A DNA stretch of 64,000 bases. It comes from Eledone cirrhosa. Its lineage: Eukaryota. Position numbers and translations under genes: made by a program. Below, one piece after another: positions 48,556-59,545 of this stretch. A model generated the notes under the pieces. The model ran no database searches. It worked only from the letters and a program-made list of their open reading frames with translations, and was not told the origin of the DNA. Each line of letters opens with the position of its first letter. Positions within the stretch are counted from its first letter, which is position 1. The stretch covers positions 26,970,001-27,034,000 of the forward strand of contig OZ024743.1 in the NCBI GenBank assembly GCA_964016885.1, in the 5' to 3' direction.

Positions 48556-48626
<71 letters not shown>

Positions 48627-48628
<2 letters not shown>

Positions 48629-48824
48629 CGAAGGAAATGTGGTAAGGAACCAGGTGGACCATAACGCACCAAAGTACTCAATACTTGAGGTAGTAGAGTG
48701 GGTAATAGGAACCAGTAAGACCCCGACAGCTGAGCTCAAGCCGTTTCGACGGCTAATTCTGGACTCAGAGTCCAGAATTAGCCGTCGAAACGGCTTGAGC
48801 TCAGCTGTCGGGGTCTTACTGGTT

Positions 48825-48829
<5 letters not shown>
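48627..48829. repeat. pLTR-like mini-element folded into a perfect palindrome (62-bp arms, 48705-48829)
   Basis: Arms 48705-48766 and 48768-48829, 1-nt spacer; embedded in (TA)n. Confidence 0.9.
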
Positions 48830-48875
<46 letters not shown>

Positions 48876-48876
<1 letters not shown>

Positions 48877-49520
48877 AAGGCGCATGGCCTAGTGGTTAGA
48901 GCATTGGGCTTGCAATCAAAAGGTTGTGAGTTGTGATGTGTTGTTTCCTTGAGCAAGACACTTTATTTCACGTTGCTCCAGTTTACTCAGCCGTAGAAAT
49001 GAGTACCTGCCCGCCCAGCAAGTGGGATGGCGTCGTCTTATGGCTAAAACAGCACGACGTGCTGATTGGCGCCCGACAGACTGGTCGGTCAAGGTGATAT
49101 GTATATATATGTGTGTGTGTGTGTGTAAATGAATCAAAACCCCGATGGTTGAGCTCTTGCCATTTCAACAATGGTCTAACTAGTTTCTAACTGAATTCAA
49201 CAATTTATATATATACATGGCTCAGTCGAAAGGTTGTGAGTTCAATTCTCAGACCAGGTGATGTGTTGTTTCCTTGAGCATGACACTTTATTTCACATTG
49301 CTTCAGTTTACTCAGCTGTAGAAATGAGATGATAGGGACTGTTGTCCCTATCATTCCACTGCAAAGTGGTCGTGGAGGTGCCACGACAAAAAAGCACCCA
49401 GCACTCACTGTAAATGAGGTTGGTGTTAGGAAGGGCATCCAGCTGTAGAAATCAAGCCAGCATCAGTTCCCGTCCCACCCTTGCAAGCAGGGAAAAGGCG
49501 GACGTAAAATGAGATGATGA
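48876..49520 (+). mobile_element. Two SINE family B copies (about 48876-49005, 3'-truncated; about 49216-49520, head-deleted)
   Basis: Match to 36025-36352; the second copy has the full stem-loop tail. Confidence 0.82.
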
Positions 49521-49719
49521 TATATATATATATATATACATATATATATTTATATACATAAGGTAGATTAAATGAGTTGATAATATAAGGCATACATGTA
49601 TTCAAAGCTCTAATGTGATTTTATCATCGACAGCAAAACAAGACAAGTCAATAATGAGAACAATAATACTAGTAACTATAGTGAAGAAAAGTTCATAATG
49701 TTTTAGTTCCAATTTAGGC

Positions 49720-52700
49720 CTACTGGGTGCAGTTGTTGCACATCCATTCCTCCTCTTCCATTTCCTCTGGAGTGCAATGGAGACCAGCATAGTTCATGTG
49801 GTACCACTTATCACATAGATCACATGAAATCCAACGTTCACTCCTAAATATTTTACACTTGTGGCATGGAACGTCATCTTCGTTGGAAAAAGGATGATAG
49901 GGATAAGGGAGAACTTCTTGACCTACAACTATTATCTGTATCTCTCCTTCTATGACTCCCACGACCATGTTGAGTGGAATCAGATTTTCTGCTTTCCTCC
50001 TCTTTGCAGAATGGTCTCTTCCAGTGCCTTTGTTGCCAGAGAAACGGGGCTCTATGAAGAAGTTTGTTATGTTCATGGAATTATCTGTCAATATTGTAGG
50101 GGTTGATGATACCACTGGTGTTGGGGCTGGAAGTAGTGGACCTGGTGTAATCGGTGTTGTTGATGGAGGTGTTGGAACAGGTGTAATTGGTGTTGTTGGA
50201 GCTGGTGTGGTTGTTATTATTGGAGGTGGAGTTGTTGGAACAGGTGTGGTTGGGGATGGAGATGGAGGTGTTGGAACAAGTGTGGTGGGAGATGGAGGTG
50301 TTGGAACAGGTGTGGTTGTGGTTGGGGATGGAGGTGTTGGAACTGGTGTTGCTGTATATGGAGATGTTGGAACTGATGTTGTTATATATGGAGGTGTTGG
50401 AACTGGTGTTGCTGTATATGGAGGTGTTGGAACTGGTGTTGTTGTATATGGAGGTGTTGGAACTGGTGTTGCTGTATATGGAGGTGTTGGAACAGGTGTT
50501 GCTGTATATGGAGGTGTTGGAACTGGTGTTGCTGTATATGGAGGTGTTGGAACTGGTGTTGCTGTATATGGAGGTGTTGGAACTGGTGTTGCTGTATATG
50601 GAGGTGTTGGAACAGGTGTTGCTGTATATGGAGGTGTTGGAACTGGTGTTGCTGTATATGGAGGTGTTGGAACAGGTGTTGCTGTATATGGAGGTGTTGG
50701 AACTGGTGTTGTTGTATATGGAGGTGTTGGAACTGGTGTTGCTGTATATGGAGGTGTTGGAACTGGTGTTGTTGTATATGGAGGTGTTGGAACTGGTGTT
50801 GCTGTATATGGAGGTGTTGGAACTGGTGTTGTTGTATATGGAGGTGTTGGAACTGGTGTTGCTGTATATGGAGGTGTTGGAACAGGTGTTGCTGTATATG
50901 GAGGTGTTGGAACTGGTGTTGCTGTATATGGAGGTGTTGGAACTGGTGTTGCTGTATATGGAGGTGTTGGAACAGGTGTTGCTGTATATGGAGGTGTTGG
51001 AACAGGTGTTGCTGTATATGGAGGTGTTGGAACTGGTGTTGCTGTATATGGAGGTGTTGGAACAGGTGTTGCTGTATATGGAGGTGTTGGAACTGGTGTT
51101 GCTGTATATGGAGGTGTTGGAACTGGTGTTGTTGTATATGGAGGTGTTGGAACTGGTGTTGCTGTATATGGAGGTGTTGGAACAGGTGTTGCTGTATATG
51201 GAGGTGTTGGAACTGGTGTTGCTGTATATGGAGGTGTTGGAACAGGTGTTGCTGTATATGGAGGTGTTGGAACTGGTGTTGTTGTATATGGAGGTGTTGG
51301 AACTGGTGTTGCTGTATATGGAGGTGTTGGAACTGGTGTTGTTGTATATGGAGGTGTTGGAACTGGTGTTGCTGTATATGGAGGTGTTGGAACAGGTGTT
51401 GCTGTATATGGAGGTGTTGGAACTGGTGTTGCTGTATATGGAGGTGTTGGAACTGGTGTTGCTGTATATGGAGGTGTTGGAACAGGTGTTGCTGTATATG
51501 GAGGTGTTGGAACAGGTGTTGCTGTATATGGAGGTGTTGGAACTGGTGTTGCTGTATATGGAGGTGTTGGAACAGGTGTTGCTGTATATGGAGGTGTTGG
51601 AACTGGTGTTGCTGTATATGGAGGTGTTGGAACTGGTGTTGTTGTATATGGAGGTGTTGGAACTGGTGTTGCTGTATATGGAGGTGTTGGAACAGGTGTT
51701 GCTGTATATGGAGGTGTTGGAACTGGTGTTGCTGTATATGGAGGTGTTGGAACAGGTGTTGCTGTATATGGAGGTGTTGGAACTGGTGTTGCTGTATATG
51801 GAGGTGTTGGAACTGGTGTTGCTGTATATGGAGGTGTTGGAACTGGTGTTGCTGTATATAGAGATGTTGGAACTGATGTTGCTGTATATGGAGGTGTTGG
51901 AACTGGTGTTGCTGTATATGGAGGTGTTGGAACTGGTGTTGCTGTATATGGAGGTGTTGGAACTGGTGTTGCTGTATATGGAGGTGTTGGAACTGGTGTT
52001 GCTGTATATAGAGATGTTGGAACTGATGTTGCTGTATATGGAGGTGTTGGAACTGGTGTTGCTGTATATGGAGGTGTTGGAACTGGTGTTGCTGTATATG
52101 GAGGTGTTGGAACTGGTGTTGTTGTATATGGAGGTGTTGGAACTGGTGTTGCTGTATATGGAGGTGTTGGAACTGGTGTTGCTGTATATGGAGGTGTTGG
52201 AACTGGTGTTGCTGTATATGGAGGTGTTGCTGTATATGGAGGTGTTGGAACAGGTGTTGCTGTATATGGAGGTGTTGGAACTGGTGTTGCTGTATATGGA
52301 GGTGTTGGAACTGGTGTTGCTGTATATGGAGGTGTTGGAACTGGTGTTGCTGTATATGGAGGTGTTGGAACTGGTGTTGCTGTATATGGAGGTGTTGGAA
52401 CTGGTGTTGCTGTATATGGAGGTGTTGGAACTGGTGTTGCTGTATATGGAGGTGTTGGAACTGGTGTTGCTGTATATGGAGGTGTTGGAACTGGTGTTGC
52501 TGTATATGGAGGTGTTGGAACAGGTGTTGCTGTATATGGAGGTGTTGGAACTGGTGTTGCTGTATATGGAGGTGTTGGAACTGGTGTTGCTGTATATGGA
52601 GGTGTTGGAACTGGTGTTGCTGTATATGGAGGTGTTGGAACTGGTGTTGCTGTATATGGAGGTGTTGGAACTGGTGTTGCTGTATATGGAGGTGTTGGAA

Positions 52701-52746
52701 GTGGTGTTGCTGTATATAGAGGTGTTGGAACTGATGTTGATTTCAC
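49720..52746 (-). CDS. Pro/Thr tandem-repeat protein with C-terminal PHD finger (exon or transposon-derived ORF, possibly a pseudogene)
   Basis: (PTPPYTATPV)n continues without a stop into unique sequence and CHKC...WISCDLCDKWYHMNY...WMCNNC; one zinc-ligand Cys reads Tyr; no ATG at the 5' end. Confidence 0.55.
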   Translation of the reverse strand: MKSTSVPTPLYTATPLPTPPYTATPVPTPPYTATPVPTPPYTATPVPTPPYTATPVPTPPYTATPVPTPPYTATPVPTPPYTATPVPTPPYTATPVPTPPYTATPVPTPPYTATPVPTPPYTATPVPTPPYTATPVPTPPYTATPVPTPPYTATPVPTPPYTATPVPTPPYTATPPYTATPVPTPPYTATPVPTPPYTATPVPTPPYTTTPVPTPPYTATPVPTPPYTATPVPTPPYTATSVPTSLYTATPVPTPPYTATPVPTPPYTATPVPTPPYTATPVPTPPYTATSVPTSLYTATPVPTPPYTATPVPTPPYTATPVPTPPYTATPVPTPPYTATPVPTPPYTATPVPTPPYTATPVPTPPYTTTPVPTPPYTATPVPTPPYTATPVPTPPYTATPVPTPPYTATPVPTPPYTATPVPTPPYTATPVPTPPYTATPVPTPPYTATPVPTPPYTATPVPTPPYTTTPVPTPPYTATPVPTPPYTTTPVPTPPYTATPVPTPPYTATPVPTPPYTATPVPTPPYTATPVPTPPYTTTPVPTPPYTATPVPTPPYTATPVPTPPYTATPVPTPPYTATPVPTPPYTATPVPTPPYTATPVPTPPYTATPVPTPPYTATPVPTPPYTATPVPTPPYTTTPVPTPPYTATPVPTPPYTTTPVPTPPYTATPVPTPPYTTTPVPTPPYTATPVPTPPYTATPVPTPPYTATPVPTPPYTATPVPTPPYTATPVPTPPYTATPVPTPPYTATPVPTPPYTATPVPTPPYTTTPVPTPPYTATPVPTPPYITTSVPTSPYTATPVPTPPSPTTTTPVPTPPSPTTLVPTPPSPSPTTPVPTTPPPIITTTPAPTTPITPVPTPPSTTPITPGPLLPAPTPVVSSTPTILTDNSMNITNFFIEPRFSGNKGTGRDHSAKRRKAENLIPLNMVVGVIEGEIQIIVVGQEVLPYPYHPFSNEDDVPCHKCKIFRSERWISCDLCDKWYHMNYAGLHCTPEEMEEEEWMCNNCTQ
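50330..52740. repeat. 30-bp minisatellite, about 80 copies (GGAGGTGTTGGAACTGGTGTTGCTGTATAT)
   Basis: Highly homogeneous units; one 12-nt deletion near 52225. Confidence 0.97.
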
Positions 52747-55112
52747 AGCTGGATGCTTCTCTTAGCATTAAACACTCAGCTGTCAAATAGGAATGGAACC
52801 TGCTTTTTTTTAACCACAACACAATTACAGAAGTAAGATTGTATCTCATGACCACATAAACATGATCAGTAATCCAGTATGCTAACCTAACAGCTTCTGA
52901 AGCACTTTGTCCTTCTAATATATATTCTTATTATTTTAAGTAAATGCCTTTTAAACCTACACAGAAGGAGCAGCTTTTAAGATCTTGGTTTATGATGCTG
53001 AATGAATGAAAGATAAATCATTTGGATAGAATGTCAGTTTATCACAAGTTATGTTGTCAGATATTCTGATAACAATTCTTGAAAGATAAATGAACTGAAG
53101 CAATGAAATGTGTCTCGTGGATTTGATTCATAACATACGAGCTAATAGCTTATTCATTTGGTTATCTTCTGTTTGCTTATAGGTAGTGCCTTTCCTTTTC
53201 TGTTTCATGATTTTTTAATAACAAATTCATCTATTTTATAGCTAGAATGCATAATATTTATATGATATTCTCTGTGTGTTCTCTGTTTGATATCACTGAT
53301 CTGTCTTATTCAATATGTTAATTGCATCTCTGTATTGTTATATATTTTGGTTTCTTTGTGTATCCACTATTAAATAATACCTATTTTCATTGTATCCAAG
53401 TCTGTATGCTGTGCAGCTTTTGTAAAAGAGACTGAATATGGATCTTATAATAGAGAAATCATTTGTGTAAGAATCCATTCTATCCATGCATGTACAATCA
53501 CTTTTTAGTGTGTTTTGCTTTGTAATAATGTTTTGGAATGTATTTTTGTTATATAATGTATTCATAATATTTCATTCTTATATTAATAGGTGTAAATATA
53601 TTCAAAACAGATATGAATAATCACTAAAGACTTGTTGCACAGAAAAGTATTTAAATAGTGGATAGCCTTGAGAATGTTTCAGAGCAAACAGTGTTTGACG
53701 AAATTTAGTCTGAAGTGGTAATGGAGGGCACATGAAAAACCTATTGAGATCAATATCTACTGTTATGATTAAGGTGGCAGACTTAATCTGTCTTCCAGTT
53801 TAATATTCCCACCTGGTAGAATTGTCAATGTGAAGAGGTACTGCCATGAAAACTGGCCAATGATGGGCCTAGAACTCTTGGTTTAGATCAAACTAGGAAA
53901 CAGGACCCATCTGCGGATGGACAGCAAAAATTCCAGGTACCATACATGTGGTAGCATCAAACATCAAACATCTGCTGCAGCTGATGTCAAGCTAGGGTGG
54001 ATAATTATTGATACCATTGTAACAATTCCAAAGCATTAACAGCAACAACAGCAATAACAACAAAAGTAGTCACTCTAACCAGTGTTGAGACATTGTAGCA
54101 ATAGTGGAGTATCCTCTCCACAAACACAGATTGACATACATGCACGCACATGCATCAGTTAGCCTCTGATTGCTGTCTTTGATTACTTATCACACAATGA
54201 AGATGAGGAAGAGAAGGGGATGAGTCAATGGCAAAATATCATTATGTGGACAAAGAGAACAAAACAACTATTGTCCGTTGTAATGTTTAACACTACCACT
54301 TGGCCCTTATTTAAGCCAGTACCTTGTTTGTCAATATATTTCTCTTTTCCTCACCTCTGCCATGGGCACTGCCATTTCTTTACTCAATAAACACTAAAAA
54401 AAAGAAAAATTGAAAGGGCACCAGAGAACCCTCAACCTTTACCATCATCATCATCATCATCATCATCATCACCATAACAATGACAACTAAACCAACAATC
54501 ACAGCAACAAAAGAAACCAAAAATATAAATGGCATCAATGGCAACACACAGACTCCTCAATGACACAGTTCTCTTAAGAGTAAACACTGAGAAAATGGAG
54601 GATGTAAAACACAGTAAAGACATATAAAGAAAGGTTGAATACATAACCTTGGAGTGGATTGATTCTAGATTAGCTAGAAAGCCAACTTAGTAGATTTGGA
54701 TGCAGTAGTCATCAACCAAACAAGATTTCTCAGAACACATGCATTTGTGCTTCTTTTGGGTGACTGTAAGGTATATGCTTTATTTAGACACCCCAGATTG
54801 AGTGTGTGAACAGGGCTGGATCTCAAACTAAGTCCAATCATATTGGAGATGGTAGGTCAGAGGTCTTGTAAATGAGTAGCAGTTAAGAGGGTGCTATTAG
54901 GCAAATGGCACCTATAAGTTTTCTTTGCAATGTCCTTTATGTTACTGCTATTTGATAACTGGAATAGTACCTTAGATGGATATTTGGATTGTGTGAGAGT
55001 AGCCAACATGAGAGGGGTGTTAATGTATCACAGACCTGCTCAGATAGTACCAAATGGATTTCCAAAATATGAAAATTTGAATTGGACAAATCATATTCAC
55101 AATTTCTCCATA

Positions 55113-57337
55113 TTGTTAGAAAACAATAACACAATTCTGTTTCATTAATTAAAATTCATTTGATTCCAGTTGAGGAAAATATAAAAGTTTACACAGGAAT
55201 TTGGTGCCATTATTTCATTATTCTGTCAAACTATGAGGCAAAGTGTTGTAAACGTGACAGGAATTTTAAGAACAATATTTCACCAGACTTTCAGAATTGA
55301 ATAATGAGTAAGATAAAGCAGCATCCAATGATGTAGTGTGCATTTTGAAGTGGTGGTACTAGAAATAGTGGAAGGAGAGCTGTGAGGTAGGGCAAAGGTT
55401 CTTAATTTGAACCTAGCTGTGCGTTATATATATATCCAGGAAGAAGACACCTGAAGATATTCAGATATCAAATGACAACTGGCTACACAGACCACTATTT
55501 TTTCCTCTGCACAGCTAGTCTGGACGTACATGGCCTAATGGTAAAGGTGTTGAACTTATGATCATAATGTTGCGGGCTCGATTCCTGGGCTGGGTTGCGT
55601 GTTGTGTTCTTGCACAAAACACTTCATTTCATGTTGCTCCAGTATACTCAGCTGAAAATGAGTACCAGCAATAGCTGGGGATTTAATGCTATGATGGACT
55701 AGTGTCCTGTCCAGCAGGGAATCTTGTACAATTAGTTGCTTCATGCTATGAAACCAGGATAAGCACTCGGCTAATGAGCCTTAAATGGCTTAAGACAGAC
55801 TTTAGATAGGAGACATAGATAGAGATCTAGTCATTGGAAGTTAAATGCATTTTGCCCATTATGCAAAGAGTATAGAGAGATTGTATTGCCAATTTAGGGA
55901 GGCAGGAGTTGATGGGGACAATTATCAGCAACCAGTGGTGGGTCTATCCAAGGAGGGATAATAAAATCAATCGAGTTTAGCAAAAGGTTATGGATAGGGA
56001 ACATTAGATTAGATGGGGAACTAGTTAGTTGGTTGAAAAAGATGATAAGGAAGTAATAGAAGCAAAAAATTGTGTTCAACCATTTGAATTGACACAAAGT
56101 TAAAGGATGTTGTGTTAAACCTGAGGAAGGGGAAACCATTTTCTGAGCTTTGGTTGGTAGCAGAGGTTTAACATGGAAACCTTGATATCAAATGCTATCA
56201 AATTTACCCAAAACAGTTGAGCAAAATGCCACTGGAAAGCCTTATATATCTTGTAAGGCATTTTGCCCAACGGTTTTGGGTAAAAGGAAAACCAGAAATA
56301 ATGTAATGACTCAACATACAAACGATCACAGTTTTAACTTATTTGTATCTTATTCAACTTCAGTGCAGTCAGAACCATGAAGGCTCTCTAGGCACATTAT
56401 TAATATATTTATGAAGTTGGCTCAAATTAACCAATTGATTCTATAGAAAGCATGTATTGTTCTGACTTCACCAAAGAAAATGAAACTTAACTAGTTGAAC
56501 ATTATGATTCTTCAGTAGTCACATCAGAAATGAACAAATCAATATTAGAGATTATAATCGGAACTTGTTTCAGAATAAGATTATGTATATATTCTTAGAA
56601 AAAAATTAATTAAATTAGATGCTATTTGATGTAAGATTATAATTTTTTTACAATTAGATTTATCTTTGGAGATAAACAATTCATTATGGTACTTCCAGTG
56701 AAATACACTGCCTATATATTTCTATTAATCTTGAAAATAACCAAAAATTGGAAAAATTTTATAAAATAACTAAGTTTATAAGTTTATAATTAAAATATTT
56801 AGAACAATAGTTTAGAAAATTTTCTAAAATAATATTACGATGAACAGTTTTAGTATAAGGATAGACATTTTATAATGAGCAGTTATGCATCATGAATCCA
56901 GTGTGTTTTCAGGTGGTTGGGTATCAAAAAGGTTAAATATTTATATCTATACTACATTTTGATTGGTTTGATCTCTGATTATCTAAATATTTTTGGGTGT
57001 CTTGTTCCTGGATATATACATAACACAAGGCTAGGTTTGAACTAATAACCTTTTGCCCTACCTCACAGCTCTCCTTCCACTATTTCTAGTACTACCACTT
57101 CAAAATACACACTACATCATTGGATGCTGCTTTATCTTACTCATTAGTCAATTCTGAAAGTCTGGTGCAATATTGTTCTTATAATTCCTGTCACGTTTAC
57201 AACACTTTGCCTCATAGTTTGACAGAATAATGAAATAATGGCACCAAGTTCCTGTGTAAACTTTTATATTTTCCTCAACTGGAATAAAATTAATTCTAAT
57301 TAATGAGACAGAATCGATTTATTGTTTTGTAATAATG
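55113..57337. repeat. Long imperfect inverted repeat (arms about 55113-55470 and 56975-57337)
   Basis: For example, TTCCAGTTGAGGAAAATATAAAAGTTTACACAGGAA and GTACTAGAAATAGTGGAAGGAGAGCTGTGAGGTAGGGCAAA have reverse-complement matches in the right arm. Confidence 0.9.
55527..55800 (+). mobile_element. Older tRNA-derived SINE related to the family B head/body, with a different tail
   Basis: TGGCCTAATGG A-box, CTCGATTCC B-box-like, CTTGCACAAAACACTT...CTCAGCTGAAAATGAGTACC. Confidence 0.65.
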
Positions 57338-57619
57338 TTTAAGCTATCACAGTTTATAGCAGCAAACCATCATGACCATGATCATTGTAATCATCATCAC
57401 CACTACCATTAACACCAACACAATGCCCCCTCTTACTACTACTCCTGATCATCATCATTTTTGCTTTATGTATAAATTCCCTTGACTGTGTAGGTAAACA
57501 AGTATAAAACGATTTGTGTCTTAGAATAATATTATAAAGTTAATAGAATTATTGTGATTACCATCACCATTATTCTGCTGACCATCATCATTATCATTAT
57601 GATAACCATCATATGATCG

Positions 57620-57830
57620 CAGTGGATTGGTAGAGCACCAAACAACATGTTCTGCAACATAGAGTTATGGCCCTTTACATTCTGAGTTCAAATCCCTCTG
57701 AGGTGAGCTTTGCCTTTCATCCTTACAGGGTCGATAAAATAAAGCACCAGTAATGCACTGGTTTCGATTTAATTGACTTTTCCCTCCCCCTAAAAATGAT
57801 TGAACCTTGAGCCTAAATCAGAAACCATTA
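57620..57830 (+). mobile_element. SINE family A variant
   Basis: GAGTTCAAATCC...CCTTTCATCCTTACAGGGTCGATAAAATAAAGCACCAGT. Confidence 0.75.
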
Positions 57831-59019
57831 TGATAACTATCATTGTGGTTAATATCATCATCATTTTCACCATCAACATAGATGATTTATGGGTTGGATA
57901 GACTGGTATCTTATCTAGAAGCCCCCAGGAGGTTTATCCCTTATCCACTCACCACCACAAAACCACGTCCAAACACAGAACTCAAATTACACCCGACTGT
58001 CTTAAAGGGAAAAGGTACATTTACTAATGTAGTCTGTGATAGATCAGCAAGACCAAATAGTAATGGCTGAAATATGTTTGTAAACCTGTTGAATCAGCAA
58101 CAGCAACATTATATAATCTTCTTAATACTGTTTCTATTCTGTCTCATATTTATCTCAACTTTTCCATTACACTCAGTTCAGTGACTTCAGTTATTGACCC
58201 ATTCTAGATTCCTAGTAATGTATTCAATGTAAAGTCCTAAAATTGGTACTTAGTAGAAGTTCCAGATTCAAATACTACTTTGATTGCTGCAGGTAAATAC
58301 TGATTGACTAAAGAATAAGGACATTCATTGATTTCACCACATAAGTTGATTGTAGGTCTGATATAGATTCTTCATGGCTTATTAATTCTAGCTTAAATTC
58401 TGTCCAAACAATCTCTGGGTAAGAAATCTGAAGTGAGATTATCAATCTTATTCACTTCACAAATATTCTTCTCTTAACTATGTATGCACAAGAATTTAGG
58501 CAATCAGAGCTCAAATGTAAATTTAACTGCACACAAAATGTTAACTACATTGTTAAAAAAATAGTGGAAAATAAAACTTTCAAAAACAACAACAACAACA
58601 ACAACAATAATAATAATAATAATAATAATAATATATATATATAATAATAATAATAATATATATATATATATAACTCATCACGGAAATTAACTGTTATTTG
58701 TTGAGACTACAACACTAGTAGTATCATATCCATTTCATTCCTGACACAACATATCTGTTACATTACACTGTCTGCATCATCATTCTTATCATCATCATCA
58801 TCATCATCATCTTTATCATCATCTTTATCACCATCATCATCATCCTCATCATCCTCATCATCATCCTATTTATTATTATAAAAATTATCACTATCAATAT
58901 GATGGTGGTGGAGATGATGATACTTTTATAAATATACGTATTTGCTGCAGCATTTTCATTAGTTTAGTGATAATAGAGGATGATGATGATAAAGATAAAG
59001 ATGACAATGATATTTTGGA

Positions 59020-59545
59020 GTTCTAATTTAGGTTAAAGGCCAGCAAATTGTAGAGAGGGAAAAGTCAATTATATCAACTCCAGTACTTGACTGGTACTTA
59101 TTTTATTGACTATGGAAGGATGGTAGGCAAAATTGACCTCAGCAGGATTTGAACTCAGAACATAAAGAACTAGTACAACTATTGCAAGGGTATTTTGTCC
59201 AACACTCTACCAATTCTATCAGTGATATAAATAATGGTTTCTGATTTAGGCACAAGACCAACAATTTTGGGGGAGAGCAAAGTCGATTAGATCGGCCTCA
59301 GTGTGTTACTTGTACTTTATTTTATCAGTCCTGTAAGAATAACAGCAAAGTTAACCTTAGCAGGATTCGAACTCAGAACATAGAGAGCATGTTGGCATTT
59401 TGTCCAACACTCTACTAATTCTACCAGTGATAATAATAATTATACCAACATAATACCAAAAATTTTGCAGGAAGAATACAGTTGATGAAATCAACCCTCA
59501 AACTTATTTTAATGACCCAGAAAGACAAAAGGCAAAAGTGACCCT
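59020..59545 (-). mobile_element. Three degenerate SINE family A copies in tandem
   Basis: Repeated TACTT(T)ATTTTAT...GGATT.GAACTCAGAA units. Confidence 0.7.

Larger units (their letters stand above)
43600..48560 (-). mobile_element. 5'-truncated Penelope-like element with an inverted pLTR segment, interrupted by an LTR element
   Basis: ORF 47035-48312. 48313-48560 is an inverted copy of 43769-43774 plus 46111-46346. Flanked by (TA)n. Confidence 0.85.

Noticed and set aside
50330-52740. CRISPR-like regular repeat
   Set aside because: Units are contiguous with no unique spacers and no cas genes; the context is eukaryotic.
49952-52855. Three other long ORFs over the minisatellite (937, 924 and 867 aa)
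   Set aside because: They are open only because the 30-bp unit lacks stops in those frames; none leads to a recognisable domain.
52760-53750. Possible decayed transposase upstream of the repeat-PHD ORF
   Set aside because: Many stops in all frames and no catalytic motif I can support by eye; left as a check under the PHD finding.
58212-58420. Two apparent small exons with GT/AG signals
   Set aside because: Joining them gives an immediate stop, and the upstream piece also contains a stop.
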